Below the pieces are notes generated by a model. That model saw nothing but the letters and a program-made list of their open reading frames with translations, ran no database searches and had not been told where the DNA came from. Shown here one piece after another: positions 36,261-48,164 of a DNA stretch of 48,164 bases (the first letter of the stretch is position 1; every line of letters starts with the position of its first letter). The translations under genes and the position numbers were made by a program. The stretch comes from Nemertoderma westbladi (taxonomy: Eukaryota > Animalia > Xenacoelomorpha): NCBI GenBank assembly GCA_032718475.1, contig JAUCBJ010001902.1, positions 1 to 48,164 on the forward strand. Reading direction: 5' to 3'.

Positions 36261-36926
36261 CGTACCGTACCCGTGGACAACCGGCTATAACATAAACATA
36301 TATACAGTAGACCAACTTTAAAGGGATAGTATACGATACCGGAGACCATTGAATACCTGACAATGGGGAAACTGTAGGCTTATTTATATAATAGGCCGGG
36401 CTTCTGTAATATTTTAAGTTAATATAATTATTTCATTCTGGGAATGTATTACTTCGTAGTTTTACTATATGATGCTTACCAAGTACAGTATAGTAAGTAG
36501 ACTACATAGAACCAACACCCGCACACATAATAGTAAAGTATAATCTCAAAATGTAGTATTTGTGAAATTTTAGATTACATATTTGCAATGCAATAATTAA
36601 TTTCACGCCATATTCTTATAATTTTATTACCAAGCAAGTTTTAAGCAGGACTTTCAGCTGACTTTAACCATCTTGACTTTCATTTTGGGCGTATAGGTGT
36701 AAACGTGCATGCATATGCAACACGTGCTTATATGCAAATACATATGCACAGCAAAAGTATATGTGCACCTATGTAAATTCATTTATGCACGTATGCAGAT
36801 GCATATAGGCCTATGCACCGATGCATATTATGACAAACATTTACACCCTTTCAGAGACAGCTGGCTTTCTGGACGCAAAACCCGCCTTGGCGAATTAATA
36901 TCCCGCCTCAATGTTAAATTCTCTAT

Positions 36927-37090
36927 TTAGGGAAAGGAGCAGGTTACAGTGGCACGTTATTTTAACCAATACAATAAACTAATCACAATAGAACAGGTTA
37001 TAGTTTTATTTTTGAGAGTAGGCCTAATCAGCTGTTATTTGCGTCGAATTTCCCCTGGAGAGGGATTAATTTTTATTGTGTCCAGTTCCC
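36927..37090. repeat. Dispersed short repeat family (MITE-like); related copies near 27525-27580, 35610-35710 (reverse) and 40646-40855
   Basis: AGGGAAAGGAGCAGGTTACAGTGGC is identical at ~27526 and ~36929; AATCAGCTGTTATTTGCGTCGA is present here and as reverse complement near 35640. Confidence 0.65.
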
Positions 37091-37388
37091 CCCCCCCCCC
37101 CCCCCCCCCCCCCCCTATCTGCCCTTTCATTTACTTTATTCCACAAAATGATCACGTTAGTAGATAGTCATGAACTGTGGTAACAGACAATCACAAAACT
37201 ACATCCGTTTTCCCCTAAAAAAAGGTCAATTATAATATGTACAGGTATACTATATTTCAGTGGATCTGTTTTTCTCCCGGCGGGATAGAAAATCAAATAT
37301 AAATAATATTTAATAACAAATTTACCCTTTATGATATTTATATACTGTAATGAAATGAGTTAGGGGGCCTTTAATAAATAAATAATTA

Positions 37389-38019
37389 TTATAAGTTTAC
37401 GTCTTCGAGCTCAAGTTTATTACCGAATGTAATTTGTGAATCTCGAATAATATTCCTTAGAAGTCGATCGTCATCTTTGTCGGCTTCTCTCCGTATTGTC
37501 GGAACTGATTCGTAACAGAAGCTTTTTATATTTTGATTAACATCTGAAACAATAAGAATATTAAATAAATAATTTCTAAGTTTTGATTTGCAATTTTTTT
37601 AATAAATTTTTCATGGCAAAATTGTACGGGTCAGATGAGTTTATCTTTTTCGCGTTTATCTACAAATAAATAAACCCACCTTGACTAACAGAATCCTGAA
37701 GAATTTGTCTATCAATTAACTCTTTGAGGAAATTGATGTAAGTTATTGTGACTTTTAATGTTTTGGCCTTTGATAGATTTATCTCCGAATCGAGTAGAGG
37801 GATTCTATGTTTGAGGGAAATAAAGGCCTCGTTTATTCCCCTCATGCGTTTCCGTTCGCGTTGGTTAGCCGCGCGACGCTGTCCAGGTGGCAACGGAGAC
37901 TCCAATCTCCTCTTGGCTCGTCGTTTTATATGATTATCTTCAACCGGATTCGAACCAGGAAAGTTCATAGTTGGAATACTGGAATGAGGTTGTACAGCGA
38001 ACGACCAAGATTCGGCCAT
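37389..38019 (-). CDS. PTF1A/Fer (48-related)-family bHLH transcription factor; exon 1 38019-37680, intron 37679-37544, exon 2 37543-37389
   Basis: bHLH QRRAANQRERKRMRGINEAF...LSKAKTLKVTITYINFLKELI. Donor CAAG|GTGGGT and acceptor TTTCAG|AT join in phase 1 to give an open exon DVNQNIKSFCYESV...ELEDVNL*. The splice model is inferred. Confidence 0.82.
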
Positions 38020-38175
38020 GTCACCACGTAATTGTATAATATAAAATATTTACGTATAAATTAATCGTTATTAGGTTTTTTTTTTAATCAAAGTATTTTG
38101 TTTTCAATGATTCTCTGTTTAATTCTGTTGAAGACATCAAGTTATACCTTTTATCAGGATTATGAAGAGACGCGC

Positions 38176-38226
38176 TCTCATTGGTTGATGTAAGGGCCAA
38201 CTCAATTATGCAGGAATCTCATTGGT
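38176..38226 (-). promoter_or_regulatory. Twin CCAAT boxes upstream of the bHLH gene
   Basis: TCTCATTGGT occurs twice (ATTGG at 38180-38184 and 38221-38225), about 160-200 bp upstream of the ATG. Confidence 0.45.
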
Positions 38227-38829
38227 CGATTAATTATTTGCCAATGTAAGTTTCTTAGTTGAGTCCAATCCGTGGGCCAGCAATAGAGACCTTGTAGTAA
38301 GTGAGGGTGAATGGAGCCCCAGAATACCGGCGTGAAGAAGGATTACCTTTTAATGAACCTTTATGAGAAGAACAAAGGTTGGTTTACCTTAAATTCTTTA
38401 AAATCTCTATAAGATTATGGCTAGAGTAGAGGGTAAAATAATGTGTGTGTGCCCGTAAACCACTTTACGTAACGCCTTGTCATGTCATCCTAAACCACTG
38501 AAGCTTTGAAATTGTTTCCTTAAATCCGATATATTGTGTAAGGCCTGTCTGTAGGGTATAGATTAATCTTTTCTAAACCACCGCAATGGGGCATGAAAGC
38601 CTTAGACATATTACGTGCAATTACGGATTAAATCTTTGTTCCAGTATGCCTTAGGCATTTATACTGTAGTAGTTAGTTAGTTAGTTAGTTAGTAGTTTTT
38701 AAGAAAAAAGCTAAAGCATATAGAGGGGTACTCTTGACGTAATCAAATTGTTACCCTCTATCGGGGAAAATTTACACAAATTACAGCTGATTACCAGCAA
38801 AAATAAACCCGTTCTATTGACTTTAATTC

Positions 38830-39000
38830 ACTGTGTCAAGTGCAATGCACAGCACACATCTCCAACCAGACACTATATAACATTGGAGGTGTCTCATTGG
38901 TTCCCCCAAGCTTGACACTTGTACAAAGCCGCCTCCGCTTTGCAGGACATTGCTTTCGCCGTAACGACCATTCTGTGCACAATCTTGTGCTTTTCAGCCC
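38830..39000 (+). pseudogene. RTE-like LINE fragment, same family as 8790-9950
   Basis: AHISNQTL...SLVPPS...QSRLRFAGHCFRR is closely similar to the copy at 8900-9070. Confidence 0.85.
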
Positions 39001-41536
39001 TATCAAATGCTTATTATGCAGATTATTCTGCAGGCTTTCCTAAGAGCTGAGAAGCCTCGTAAAGGACACGGGCCCTCAAGATGCGGATAATCTCGCGAAA
39101 GATGATGTATTTATTTAATAGAATGAAATAGCCCCGCGCAGCTGCAAAACCATGCAACATTTGATGGCCCATAACTCAGCTATTTTTCAATGGAATTCAA
39201 ATTGTGTTACATATTTGGAATCCTTGCAGGGCCATCTTTCCATTGGTACCAACAAACAGCTATAAGGTAGAAGAATACCTGCGGTGTAACTGGTGTAATA
39301 TTGTCGGAGACACTTTTTTTAAACTCTTGTAGCTAAAGATTGAAAGCAAAAATAAAAATTCTGGCTCACCCAGTCAGTGGTCGGGAGGTGAAACTATCTC
39401 TGTTTCAAATTTCATGCAATCCCATTAAGATTTGTAGAAAAATTAGGGGGGGGGGGGGGGGGGGGGGGGCGTGTCACTGAATTACGACACTATTCTGGGA
39501 CATGGTGTATAGTATTACTATTTAATTACCAATAAAAAATTTATGCAGTTTTGATACGATTTTATTGGTATTGTGAGATAGAGAATTGTGGATCATTCCC
39601 ACCCATCCATACAACCCCCAAACCCCTCCACTACCCTCCCCTCCCATCCATACAACCCCCAAACCCCTCCACTCCCCTCCCCTCCCATCGCAACAAATGC
39701 AACAATTGGCTAACGGACACGTCAATTCGCCAGATTGTTTACTGTGGCCAAATTAGGCAACATGCTAATGTAATCTCTACAGTAGTAAGTAGCTTGTACT
39801 TCTTTAAACGCTTTCCAGGTAGGTGTGCTGACAATACGAAATAGTCTTATTGGCTAATACTAATGACTTAATGGATTCTTTGTATATTCGCTAACAATCT
39901 AAGCAATTTGGCCCGGCTGTAGTTCGATTGGGCCACTAATAGGAAATGTATAGATTTTAAAGCAACAAATTTATTTCCGACTAAAAATAATTATTCTTCT
40001 CTAATCAAACATTGCAACAACAACTGTACTGTTTAAATAGTCATGTTGCGGCGTTCACCGGGTACTGCTCTGCTGCGTTGCATAATACAATGCTGCAATA
40101 TTATTAGTGCGAGTAAGTTGTGTGGGGCGAGTCAGAACTACTGCGGAGAGGAGTAGAAACTGCGAGTCATCAACTAACAGTTATAATTATATGGCCGTTT
40201 TTCAAATGGGTTCGTGGCGGGTGTTTATTGGTGTGTGGGTCAGACCATATTTGTCCATAATTGTCAGAAACCGATGTACTGTGATAACTGTCTAACTATT
40301 CGCGGAGTCTGAGATGGGTTGCAGATTTGCTGTACGTTGCGTGATTTCTCCCTTCGAGGTTTAACTTTTCATTCCGCATGGAAATAAGTGAATAAGATGG
40401 TTCGGTGCTGTCACCTGGGTTCAGTATATTGGTAGTACTAATATCTTATTGGTAGGTCATACTGCCACTAGGCTGATCTGATCTAACAAAACCGAGCCTA
40501 AGATTTTGAGTTAGTGGTGCAAAATAACTGCAAACACTGTGTGTTTAGTGGGTTTAATTGATTTTACCTTTTTTAATAAGATATTTTATAATTTTTTAAA
40601 TTATTTTAATTTAAAAAGTTTATTTTTGAATTGAATTTAAAACATTAAAGAAAACGAATAGGTTACAGTGGCAGTGTTTTCTAACTAAAACAAAAAACAA
40701 ATAAAAAAAAACAAACAACAGATAGCAGGAGACTCTGGGCGCAATCGTAATTCATGCTTCTCCCTTAGAAAAATACAGCTGATTACTCCCAAAAATGAAA
40801 ATGTAACCTGTGCTACAGTATATTGAATTTAGCTTATTGTTTCAGTTCCCCTAAATTGATAATTTAAGATTGAGGCGATATTTTTATTCACTGAGCTGAG
40901 ATGGGATCTGCGTCCCCCCACAAAGTCTCAGCTCAGCATCGCTATCCATTTCGAATTCATAACCACAATATTTACCTGATGCGATAAATAATTAAATAAT
41001 TTATGCAATTCAATGAGTGACGACACAAAGAACCTGATTGCGAGCTAGCAAAGCAAAAACTACTCGAATTGCGGGCAGTGTTGGACGAGTGAGTTTCTTT
41101 GTTGTCCTACATTGTTGGCTCACCGGCAGGGGAAATAATGGGCCGAGTTAAGAATATAATCAGGGTATCCGGTGGTAACTCACCCGGAACACAGGTGTGA
41201 CGGCGGCATCCAGACAAAGAGACGCGTGCCACACTTTCTCTTCCTCCTAATGAGACACCGTCACAATGCGTTGAATAGAATAAAGGCCGACGCGCAATCT
41301 GTATGATTCAATTTTATTGTAAACAGGCATTCATCAACCCCTACACGTTATACAACCGCAAAGAGCACTCTACTCGAGTGTTTCTATTGACTGTTGTGCG
41401 CGACTAAAGCGTGCATAAACTGTGGCATCTCGGAGGGATCAAAACATTTATAGCTGTACGATACTTTGAAACAAACGTGTGTGGGGGAGGGTGATGAGAA
41501 AAATAACCCATTCGTGAAAACATCCCCCATCATGAA

Positions 41537-43024
41537 GGTATACAGACGTTCCGGCCTGGACGATTCGGCCCGGGCGATTTGGCACGACGATTCGGCCTCG
41601 ACGTTTCGGCCCATGACTCTAACTGAAAAGGTCAAGTTGTTTTATATGATAATAATTATTCCTTAAAATTCGAATTATTTCACCATAACATACAAACTCT
41701 TGATGAAATATATTTTATGAAAAGGCTGTTTATTTACCATTATTTCAAAATAAAATTAACATTATGCATGTGGTGTTCTGGTAACATTGACAATAATTGG
41801 ACATCAATTATGGTATTGCATTAGTTATTATTTATAAATACAACGAAGCGAATAACGAAATAACTGGTCCTCATGGCGAAAGCAATGTCCTGCAAAGCGG
41901 AAGCGGCTTTGTTCTAGGGTCAAGCTTGGGGGAACCAATGAGACATCTCCAATGTTACATAGTGTCTGGTTGGAGTTGTGTGCATTGTACTTGACACAGT
42001 AAACCCGGCGTAGCATTTTTGTGAATGTGCCATCCAGAGATTCGTTGTCCTAAGCAGTTAGAGCCCAGCATGTACACTAACTTTTTCACCCCCTTTTTTT
42101 ATTTTCGTTAATTCCATTTCTGATAATTGGCAATTAAAAAAAAAAATTAAAAAATTTTTAAAAACTGAATAAACCCATGTTTTTTTTGTAATTTTTCATA
42201 AGAAAATGGGAAAATATTATTAAATTAAGAAAAGTGCGTGAAATTTATTGAAGCCTATGAAATTACCTTTCATATGAAGCAAACATTGAAAAAAAACGGT
42301 TAAGAAATAGCGGAGGAGTAGTATTTTTGTGTGAAAACAAATATATTAAATCTGCTCAACATACAGGTATGTCTCGCAGCCTAACCCTAAGCCTAACCAC
42401 CATACACTAAATGATACCGGTATTATACTGCAGAAAAGCTAAGCCTATATTCTATAAGAAAATATATGACATTTTGTCGCCGTGAAAGGGATAGAACACT
42501 AGGGCAAAGATAATTAATTTTAGGAATTACACCACCAAGTTAAAATTATATTTCTGGGGGTTTTCGGGGTCTCTGAGATTTCATTTCCGATGTCAGTTTA
42601 AGTATTTGGTGGAATGTAGTCTGTCCGTCTGTCGGTTGCCTGTCAGTCTATCTTACATTTTGACAGACAGATTGGCAGACAGATATTCAACGATAACTCG
42701 AGAAGTAAAAGAGATCTCTCTAAGCCGTATTCGGATTTGAAAACCCCATTAAATTCTGCTGTAGATGCAATAAAAAACAAATTTATGAAATTTTTTTGAG
42801 AAGGGGGGGGGGGGGGGGTTACCCCCCCCCCCCTCCCCCTTCCCCTTAAAATAATGACTGGATATTATGCATAATCTTATATTATTAAATTGCGTAGACT
42901 AAACTATATTTGACTAAATTTAAGGTACAGTAGTAAGTGGATCTTTGGGCCAAATTGTCCGATCAGAAAGTCTTATATTTCACTCATTGGGCCAAAACGT
43001 CTTAGGCCGAATCGTTTGTTACCC
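41537..43024. mobile_element. Possible old TIR element with GACGWTTCGGCC-type subterminal repeats and nested insertions
   Basis: Left GGTATACAGACGTTCCGGCCTGGACGATTCGGCC resembles the reverse complement of right GGCCAAAACGTCTTAGGCCGAATCGTTTGTTACCC; no TSD found. Confidence 0.45.
41864..42071 (-). pseudogene. RTE-like LINE fragment, same family as 8790-9950
   Basis: High nucleotide similarity to 8930-9140 (GGCGAAAGCAATGTCCTGCAAAGCGG...GCAGTTAGAGCCCAGCATG). Confidence 0.88.
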
Positions 43025-43249
43025 TGTGGAGATTAACAAGGTTTTCACTTTTCAGTGGAAATTGTATTTGAATTTTCCTTGAGAATTCATATTTTTCTTT
43101 TATCGCTTTACTTCTTTCTTTTAACCTGCACAAATACTAATTCGTAATAATGGCTAATTCGTAATACTAATAATGGCAATAGTTGTTGTCTGCGTCGTCG
43201 GTTCGATATTAACATGCTCATTAAATTGTTTACATTTTCTTACTTTAAA

Positions 43250-43810
43250 TCCGTTCAAGCTGAAACTTGGCAGATTTGTACTAGACCATTAGCTGTCTTA
43301 TTCAAAGTGGGCTAATCCGTCAACAGTTCTCTAGTCTGCCACTAGAGGGCGAAATATCTGAAAAGTGAAATCCTTGACCCATTCCGTTACTTATGATCCG
43401 TTCACGATGAAACGTGTCGGCTATGTGCTAGAATTGTACAGTATCTTTGTAGGATCGATAACCGGTTTGCAGATCTCCAATCTGCCGCTAGATGTCGAAA
43501 TGGATGCAAGTGATAACCTTCCCCATTTCCTTGATCTTAACCTGTTTAAGCTGAATCTTGGAATATAAAGTGTACCAGACCAGATGCTGCGTGTTTTTGA
43601 GGAAAGTGATTCTTCTGCAGTTCTCAAGTCTGCCGCTAGGGTGGCGCATGTCTGAAAGTGAAAATCCTTCTATCATTTAGTTATTTGTTATCAGCTCAAG
43701 CTGAAACTTGGTAGATGCGAGACCTTAAACCAACCGTAGCTGTAGGCTGGGTCTTTGTTGTGACTGTAATCCCTCTTCAGTTCCCCAGTTTACCGCTAGA
43801 GGGCTGAAAT
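43250..43810 (+). repeat. Four degenerate ~150-bp units, each with a CTCF-like motif
   Basis: CCRCTAG-R core at ~43339, 43485, 43633 and 43793; TCAAGCTGAAACTTGG at ~43255 and ~43696; TCTGAAA(A)GTGAAA recurs. Confidence 0.6.
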
Positions 43811-44259
43811 TAAAACACTTTAGAAATGCCTGAAATGGAAACTTCATCCATTTCATATTATTGTTTATAATCCTTTCTTCCTGATTGAAACCTGGTACAT
43901 ATATTCTGGACTTCAGACTGAGTTTTTGTGAGGTCTTTAATCGATTGCAGTTACCCAGTCTGCCGCCAAGAGCTTGATGTTGCTAGCCATAATTGAAAAT
44001 AAAGTTCTAGATTAGTAGAGTTTGACCAACTTTGTGAAAGCTTTGACTCATATTGTGGTGCACGTCTCGGCACGAAATTGTTAACATAATGTGTGGAAGC
44101 TCTGACCCTGTGGAACATTTGACATGGAATAAACTGCAAAGTGAAATATAACAGCAAAAAGTCTCATGTAGGCCTATACCCCCACGTCATTTTACCACGG
44201 GTGTGATACTATATATATACTATACATGTCCCGAAACCATTTAAAATATATCAGTAGAT

Positions 44260-44465
44260 TGTATATGTGTTTAACATCCATAGATTGTATAAATTATTAA
44301 GAAATTAAACAGGACTAAGGATGATCCAACTCTATAGCGTAGTGGTTAGCATACCTGAACGTTTATCGGGAGACGCGGGTTCGATCCCCGCTGGTGGTGA
44401 ATTCATTTTTTCCGCTCCATTTGCTATAGAGTTGGATCATCCTTAGTCCTGTTTAATTACTTAAT
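44260..44465. mobile_element. Short TSD-flanked insertion carrying a tRNA-like unit inside an inverted repeat (SINE-like)
   Basis: 15-bp direct repeat AATATATCAGTAGAT at 44245-44259 and 44466-44480; inverted arms 44293-44338 and 44423-44468. Confidence 0.75.
44328..44399 (+). pseudogene. tRNA-derived sequence (A and B boxes intact; probably not a functional tRNA)
   Basis: A box TAGCGTAGTGG, B box GGTTCGATCC, anticodon stem CCTGA/TCGGG with loop ACGTTTA, T-stem GCGGG/CCCGC, downstream T6. The acceptor stem AACTCTA/TGGTGGT is mismatched and position 33 is C. Confidence 0.8.
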
Positions 44466-44842
44466 AATATATCAGTAGATATTGACAGTTTGTTAATGAA
44501 TATCACCTACCGGTATCATACACGTGACCTTTATTAGCGCTTGAACCTGGTACTACTTTGAAAAGGCATTAACTGCTGCTGCCAAATTTTTATTTACTGA
44601 AGTAGATTGATTGACCCAGTTTCCAGTAATATAAAATCCGCGTGCTTTGCTATTGTCTCCCCATATTTCACAATTCGGTTGTCGGACAAACGAATAGTGA
44701 ATTAGTGAATTTAACGCATCTGGATGTAGTGGCCACACATTAAATTCGGACCAATACTTTTGAGCAAAAGCAGAAAAAACAAATCAAACAAAAAAATTTC
44801 GAGGAATAAGAAATCCCGGAGGAATCGTAATTAAAAATTTAA

Positions 44843-45915
44843 ATTCTGAGGTATAATTAGTCATTCTGAGGTATAATTAGTCATTCTGCGGTATAATTAG
44901 TCATTCTGAGGTATAATTAGTCATTCTGAGGTATAATTAGTCATTCTGAGGTGTAATTAGTCATTCTGAGGTATAATTAGTCAATCTGAGGTATAATTAG
45001 TCATTCTGAGGTATAATTAGTCATTCTGAGGTATAATTAGTCATTCTGAGGTATAATTAGTCATTCTGCGGTATAATTAGTCATTCTGAGGTATAATTAG
45101 TCATTCTGAGGTATAATTAGTCATTCTGAGGTGTAATTAGTCATTCTGAGGTATAATTAGTCAATCTGAGGTATAATTAGTCATTCTGAGGTATAATTAG
45201 TCAATCTGAGGTATAATTAGTCATTCTGAGGTATAATTAGTCATTCTGAGGTATAATTAGTCATTCTGAGGTATAATTAGTCATTCTGAGGTATAATTAG
45301 TCATTCTGAGGTATAATTAGTCATTCTGAGGTATAATTAGTCCTTCTGAGGTATAATTAGTCATTCTGAGGTATAATTAGTCATTCTGAGGTATAATTAG
45401 TCATTATGAGGTATAATTAGTCATTCTGAGGTATAATTAGTCATTCTGAGGTATAATTAGTCATTCTGAGGTATAATTAGTCATTCTGAGGTATAATTAG
45501 TCATTCTGAGGTATAATTAGTCATTCTGAGGTATAATTAGTCATTCTGAGGTATAATTAGTCATTCTGAGGTATAATTAGTCATTCTGAGGTATAATTAG
45601 TCATTCTGAGGTATAATTAGTCATTCTGAGGTATAATTAGTCATTCTGAGGTATAATTAGTCATTCTGAGGTATAATTAGTCATTCTGAGGTATAATTAG
45701 TCATTATGAGGTATAATTAGTCATTCTGAGGTATAATTAGTCATTCTGGGGTATAATTAGTCATTCTGAGGTATAATTAGTCATTCTGAGGTATAATTAG
45801 TCATTCTGAGGTATAATTAGTCATTCTGAGGTATAATTAGTCATTCTGAGGTATAATTAGTCATTCTGAGGTATAATTAGTCATTCTGAGGTATAATTAG
45901 TCATTCTGAGGTATA
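44843..45915. repeat. 20-bp minisatellite, about 53.5 copies
   Basis: ATTCTGAGGTATAATTAGTC repeated head-to-tail with rare single substitutions and no spacers. Confidence 0.99.
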
Positions 45916-46299
45916 CTGGATCCGACCGAAAAAAAAATTTTCGAAAAAATGTACTGGGGTGGTTATATTGCAGCACCAAAATTACAAGTAACGTGCACAA
46001 TTTTCACAAAATTTGAAAGTTACATTTTTCGGCTAATTGTTTTTCAATACAGGTTTTCTGGGGTGCAAAATACATTGGAAAATATTTAAAAAGGATATGA
46101 TTACTTTAAATGGCTGTCCTCTCTGCGTAGGAAAAAAATGAAAAAAACAAGTAACCAGCACTTTTCAGTTAGAACATAAAATTTTTAATTCACTTATACG
46201 ATGTTATAAATTCACATTTTCAGGTTTTCGAGGGCGCTGATTCTAATGGAATACATTTCTAATATGCCAGATCATTGCTACTTGTATTTTTCGGCGTGA

Positions 46300-47150
46300 T
46301 TTGGCAAATTTTGGTGCTAGCACCAAATTTCGTACCCTTCACCAAAAAGTACAAGTTTGCGATGTCCAGTGCTGTTTTTATTGATTCCATCGGATTCAGG
46401 ACCCTCATAAACCCGTATAACGCAAGAAACAAGGTGATACTATCTACTGATCAATTTGCATATATTTTCCAAAATTTGGTGCTGGCACAACAATTTTCAC
46501 CCACCGGCGAAAAATACAAGTTTGAGAGCTCTTATGAAATTTTTACTGATTCCATTGAATTTGAACCATCACCAACCCGTATAACGCAAGAAACAAGGTG
46601 ACACAATCAATTTATATATTTGATGGTTTTCAAAATTTGGTGCTAGCACCACATTTTGCACCCACATCCGATAAATACAAGTTTGAGATGTCTAGTTCGA
46701 TAATTATATATTCCATTGAATTCAGAACAGCCATAAACCTCTTAAACGCAAGAAATAAATTGTCACAAGCAATTTTATCTATTGAATGGATTTTCAAAAT
46801 TTCGTGCTAGCACCAAAATTTGCACACAGCACCGAAACATACAAGTTTGATACGCTTGGTGCAACTCGTATATATTTTATATTTATTTATTTATTATTTA
46901 TTTATTTATATTTTATATCCAAAACCCCAAAAAACCTCAATTGTGTAAAAAACAAGTTTCAAACAATCAATTTACAAAATTGACATATTTCAAAATTTGG
47001 TGCTGGCACCAAAATTTGGCACCCACCGAAAAAAACATGTTTGAAATTTCTAAATCAATTTATATGAATTCCATCCAATTTCTAACACCAAAAAACCGGT
47101 GTAAATCAAAAATAGAGATGTTACAATTCATATTTAATGAAATGTAATTT
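46300..47150. repeat. About 5 diverged tandem copies of a ~165-190-bp unit
   Basis: AAATTTGGTGCTRGCACC...TACAAGTTTG...TTCCAT...AACGCAAGAAA recurs near 46308, 46473, 46634, 46798 and 46994. Confidence 0.8.
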
Positions 47151-47416
47151 TCAAAAAACGTATCAAAAAAGTGCCAAAAGTAGGGTTAAAAAATTGAGCT
47201 ATAACTCGAAAAGTACCCAATATTTTTGAAAACGGTTTTCACTACAAGGAAGACAATAGATTTTTAGGAAAAGTCATAAAATTTCAGATTCCCAACTGCG
47301 TTTGTTTCAGAATTATAATAAAAAAACCACGGGGGTCATATTGACCCCCCCCCCCCCCCCCCGGGTTTAATATGGTTAAATAAACTACAGTATCAAGGGA
47401 AATAAACATGAAAACA

Positions 47417-47510
47417 AAAGGTAAGTTTATTTCGTGCATCAGTAGATCCTGTGCTGCTGTATGGCAGTCCGTATTGGCCTTTTAACTTTTACTGCAGAAG
47501 AAACCAGAGC
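47417..47510 (+). pseudogene. Short RTE-like LINE relic
   Basis: Translates KVSLFRASVDPVLLYGSPYW, homologous to KVRLFRAAVVTVLLYGSPCW at 9130-9190. Confidence 0.7.
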
Positions 47511-48164
47511 CCATGATTGTAAAGTAGTTGTGTGGTCGATATATGATGTATCTTATGAATGAAATGTTAGGAATATCTTATATAAATATATAATAATGAA
47601 TAAATGGGAGATGAGGAAGTAGAAATAAAGGAAATGGGAGAGAATAGGGAGAGACAACGGGTATCGGGAAGAAAAGGTAAAGGGTATGATTGATGGGGGA
47701 GGGGGAATAAACTGCAATTGTAATTTACAGGAGATTCCCATCAGTACCGTACCTGTGGGGCGAGCCTTAGCGTAGGGGTACCATTAATCAACCTGTCGTT
47801 CTGTCGCGTTTTTTTTTTCAGTATTTTATTTTAAACGTTAATAACTCGGCCAATCCTTGATGAAATCTATCCAAACTTGGTACACGTCATGTTGTTTGGC
47901 AAAAGTTTGAAAATTTTCCAAGTAGAATTTGCGTGGGGCCTTCGTGCAGCATCAGTGTAACTGTTATTGCAGTTATAATAAATTTATTTATCCAAATTTA
48001 AAATGCGTTAAATTATTATTACTGTAGGATAAATCAGCTGGGTTTCTGACAAATTTTGCAATACATTGGGGTTGTCTGCATGTACCATGTGTACCGGTAC
48101 TGTCAGGCTGTACTCAATCCCTGAATCGAGAATCCTGCTGTTTGTGGGAAGCTCGTAAATTATC

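Noticed and set aside
37660-37679. Single-exon end (GGFIYL*) of the bHLH ORF
   Set aside because: Begins at a good GT donor and runs into AT-rich intron-like sequence; an in-phase downstream exon exists.
44328-44399. Functional tRNA-Asn(GTT) gene
   Set aside because: Acceptor stem is mismatched, position 33 is not U, and it lies inside a TSD-flanked insertion.
44843-45915. CRISPR or telomeric array
   Set aside because: No spacers, not a G-rich telomere-type unit, and internal position; it is a minisatellite.
46275-47147. Chain of short ORFs with similar FQNLVLAP peptides
   Set aside because: Translations of a non-coding tandem repeat, with frames not maintained between units.

Overview
AT-rich, repeat-dense eukaryotic (very probably invertebrate animal) genomic DNA. 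Three host genes are supported: an intronless mitochondrial Twinkle helicase (+, 1013-3421); an intronless TTC31-like protein with an N-terminal J-domain (J/TPR/UBA-like/RRM/CCCH; -, 13089-15548); and a two-exon PTF1/Fer-family bHLH gene (-, 37389-38019). The rest is a mosaic of mobile DNA whose ends can often be read directly: an intact two-ORF LINE with a 15-bp TSD, an internally deleted Academ transposon (TAG termini, ATA TSD), a P/THAP9-type transposon (81-bp perfect TIRs, 8-bp TSD), a Mutator-like MITE (9-bp TSD), other MITE-like foldbacks, RTE-type LINE relics and tandem repeats. The most unusual observations are the J-domain/RNA-binding fusion, a 41-bp array that repeats that gene's own last codons and stop codon, a 206-bp TSD-flanked insertion with a tRNA-like unit inside a 46-bp foldback, and four co-oriented CTCF-like sites that each carry the upstream module. 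All family assignments are by eye from motifs; no database searches were run.
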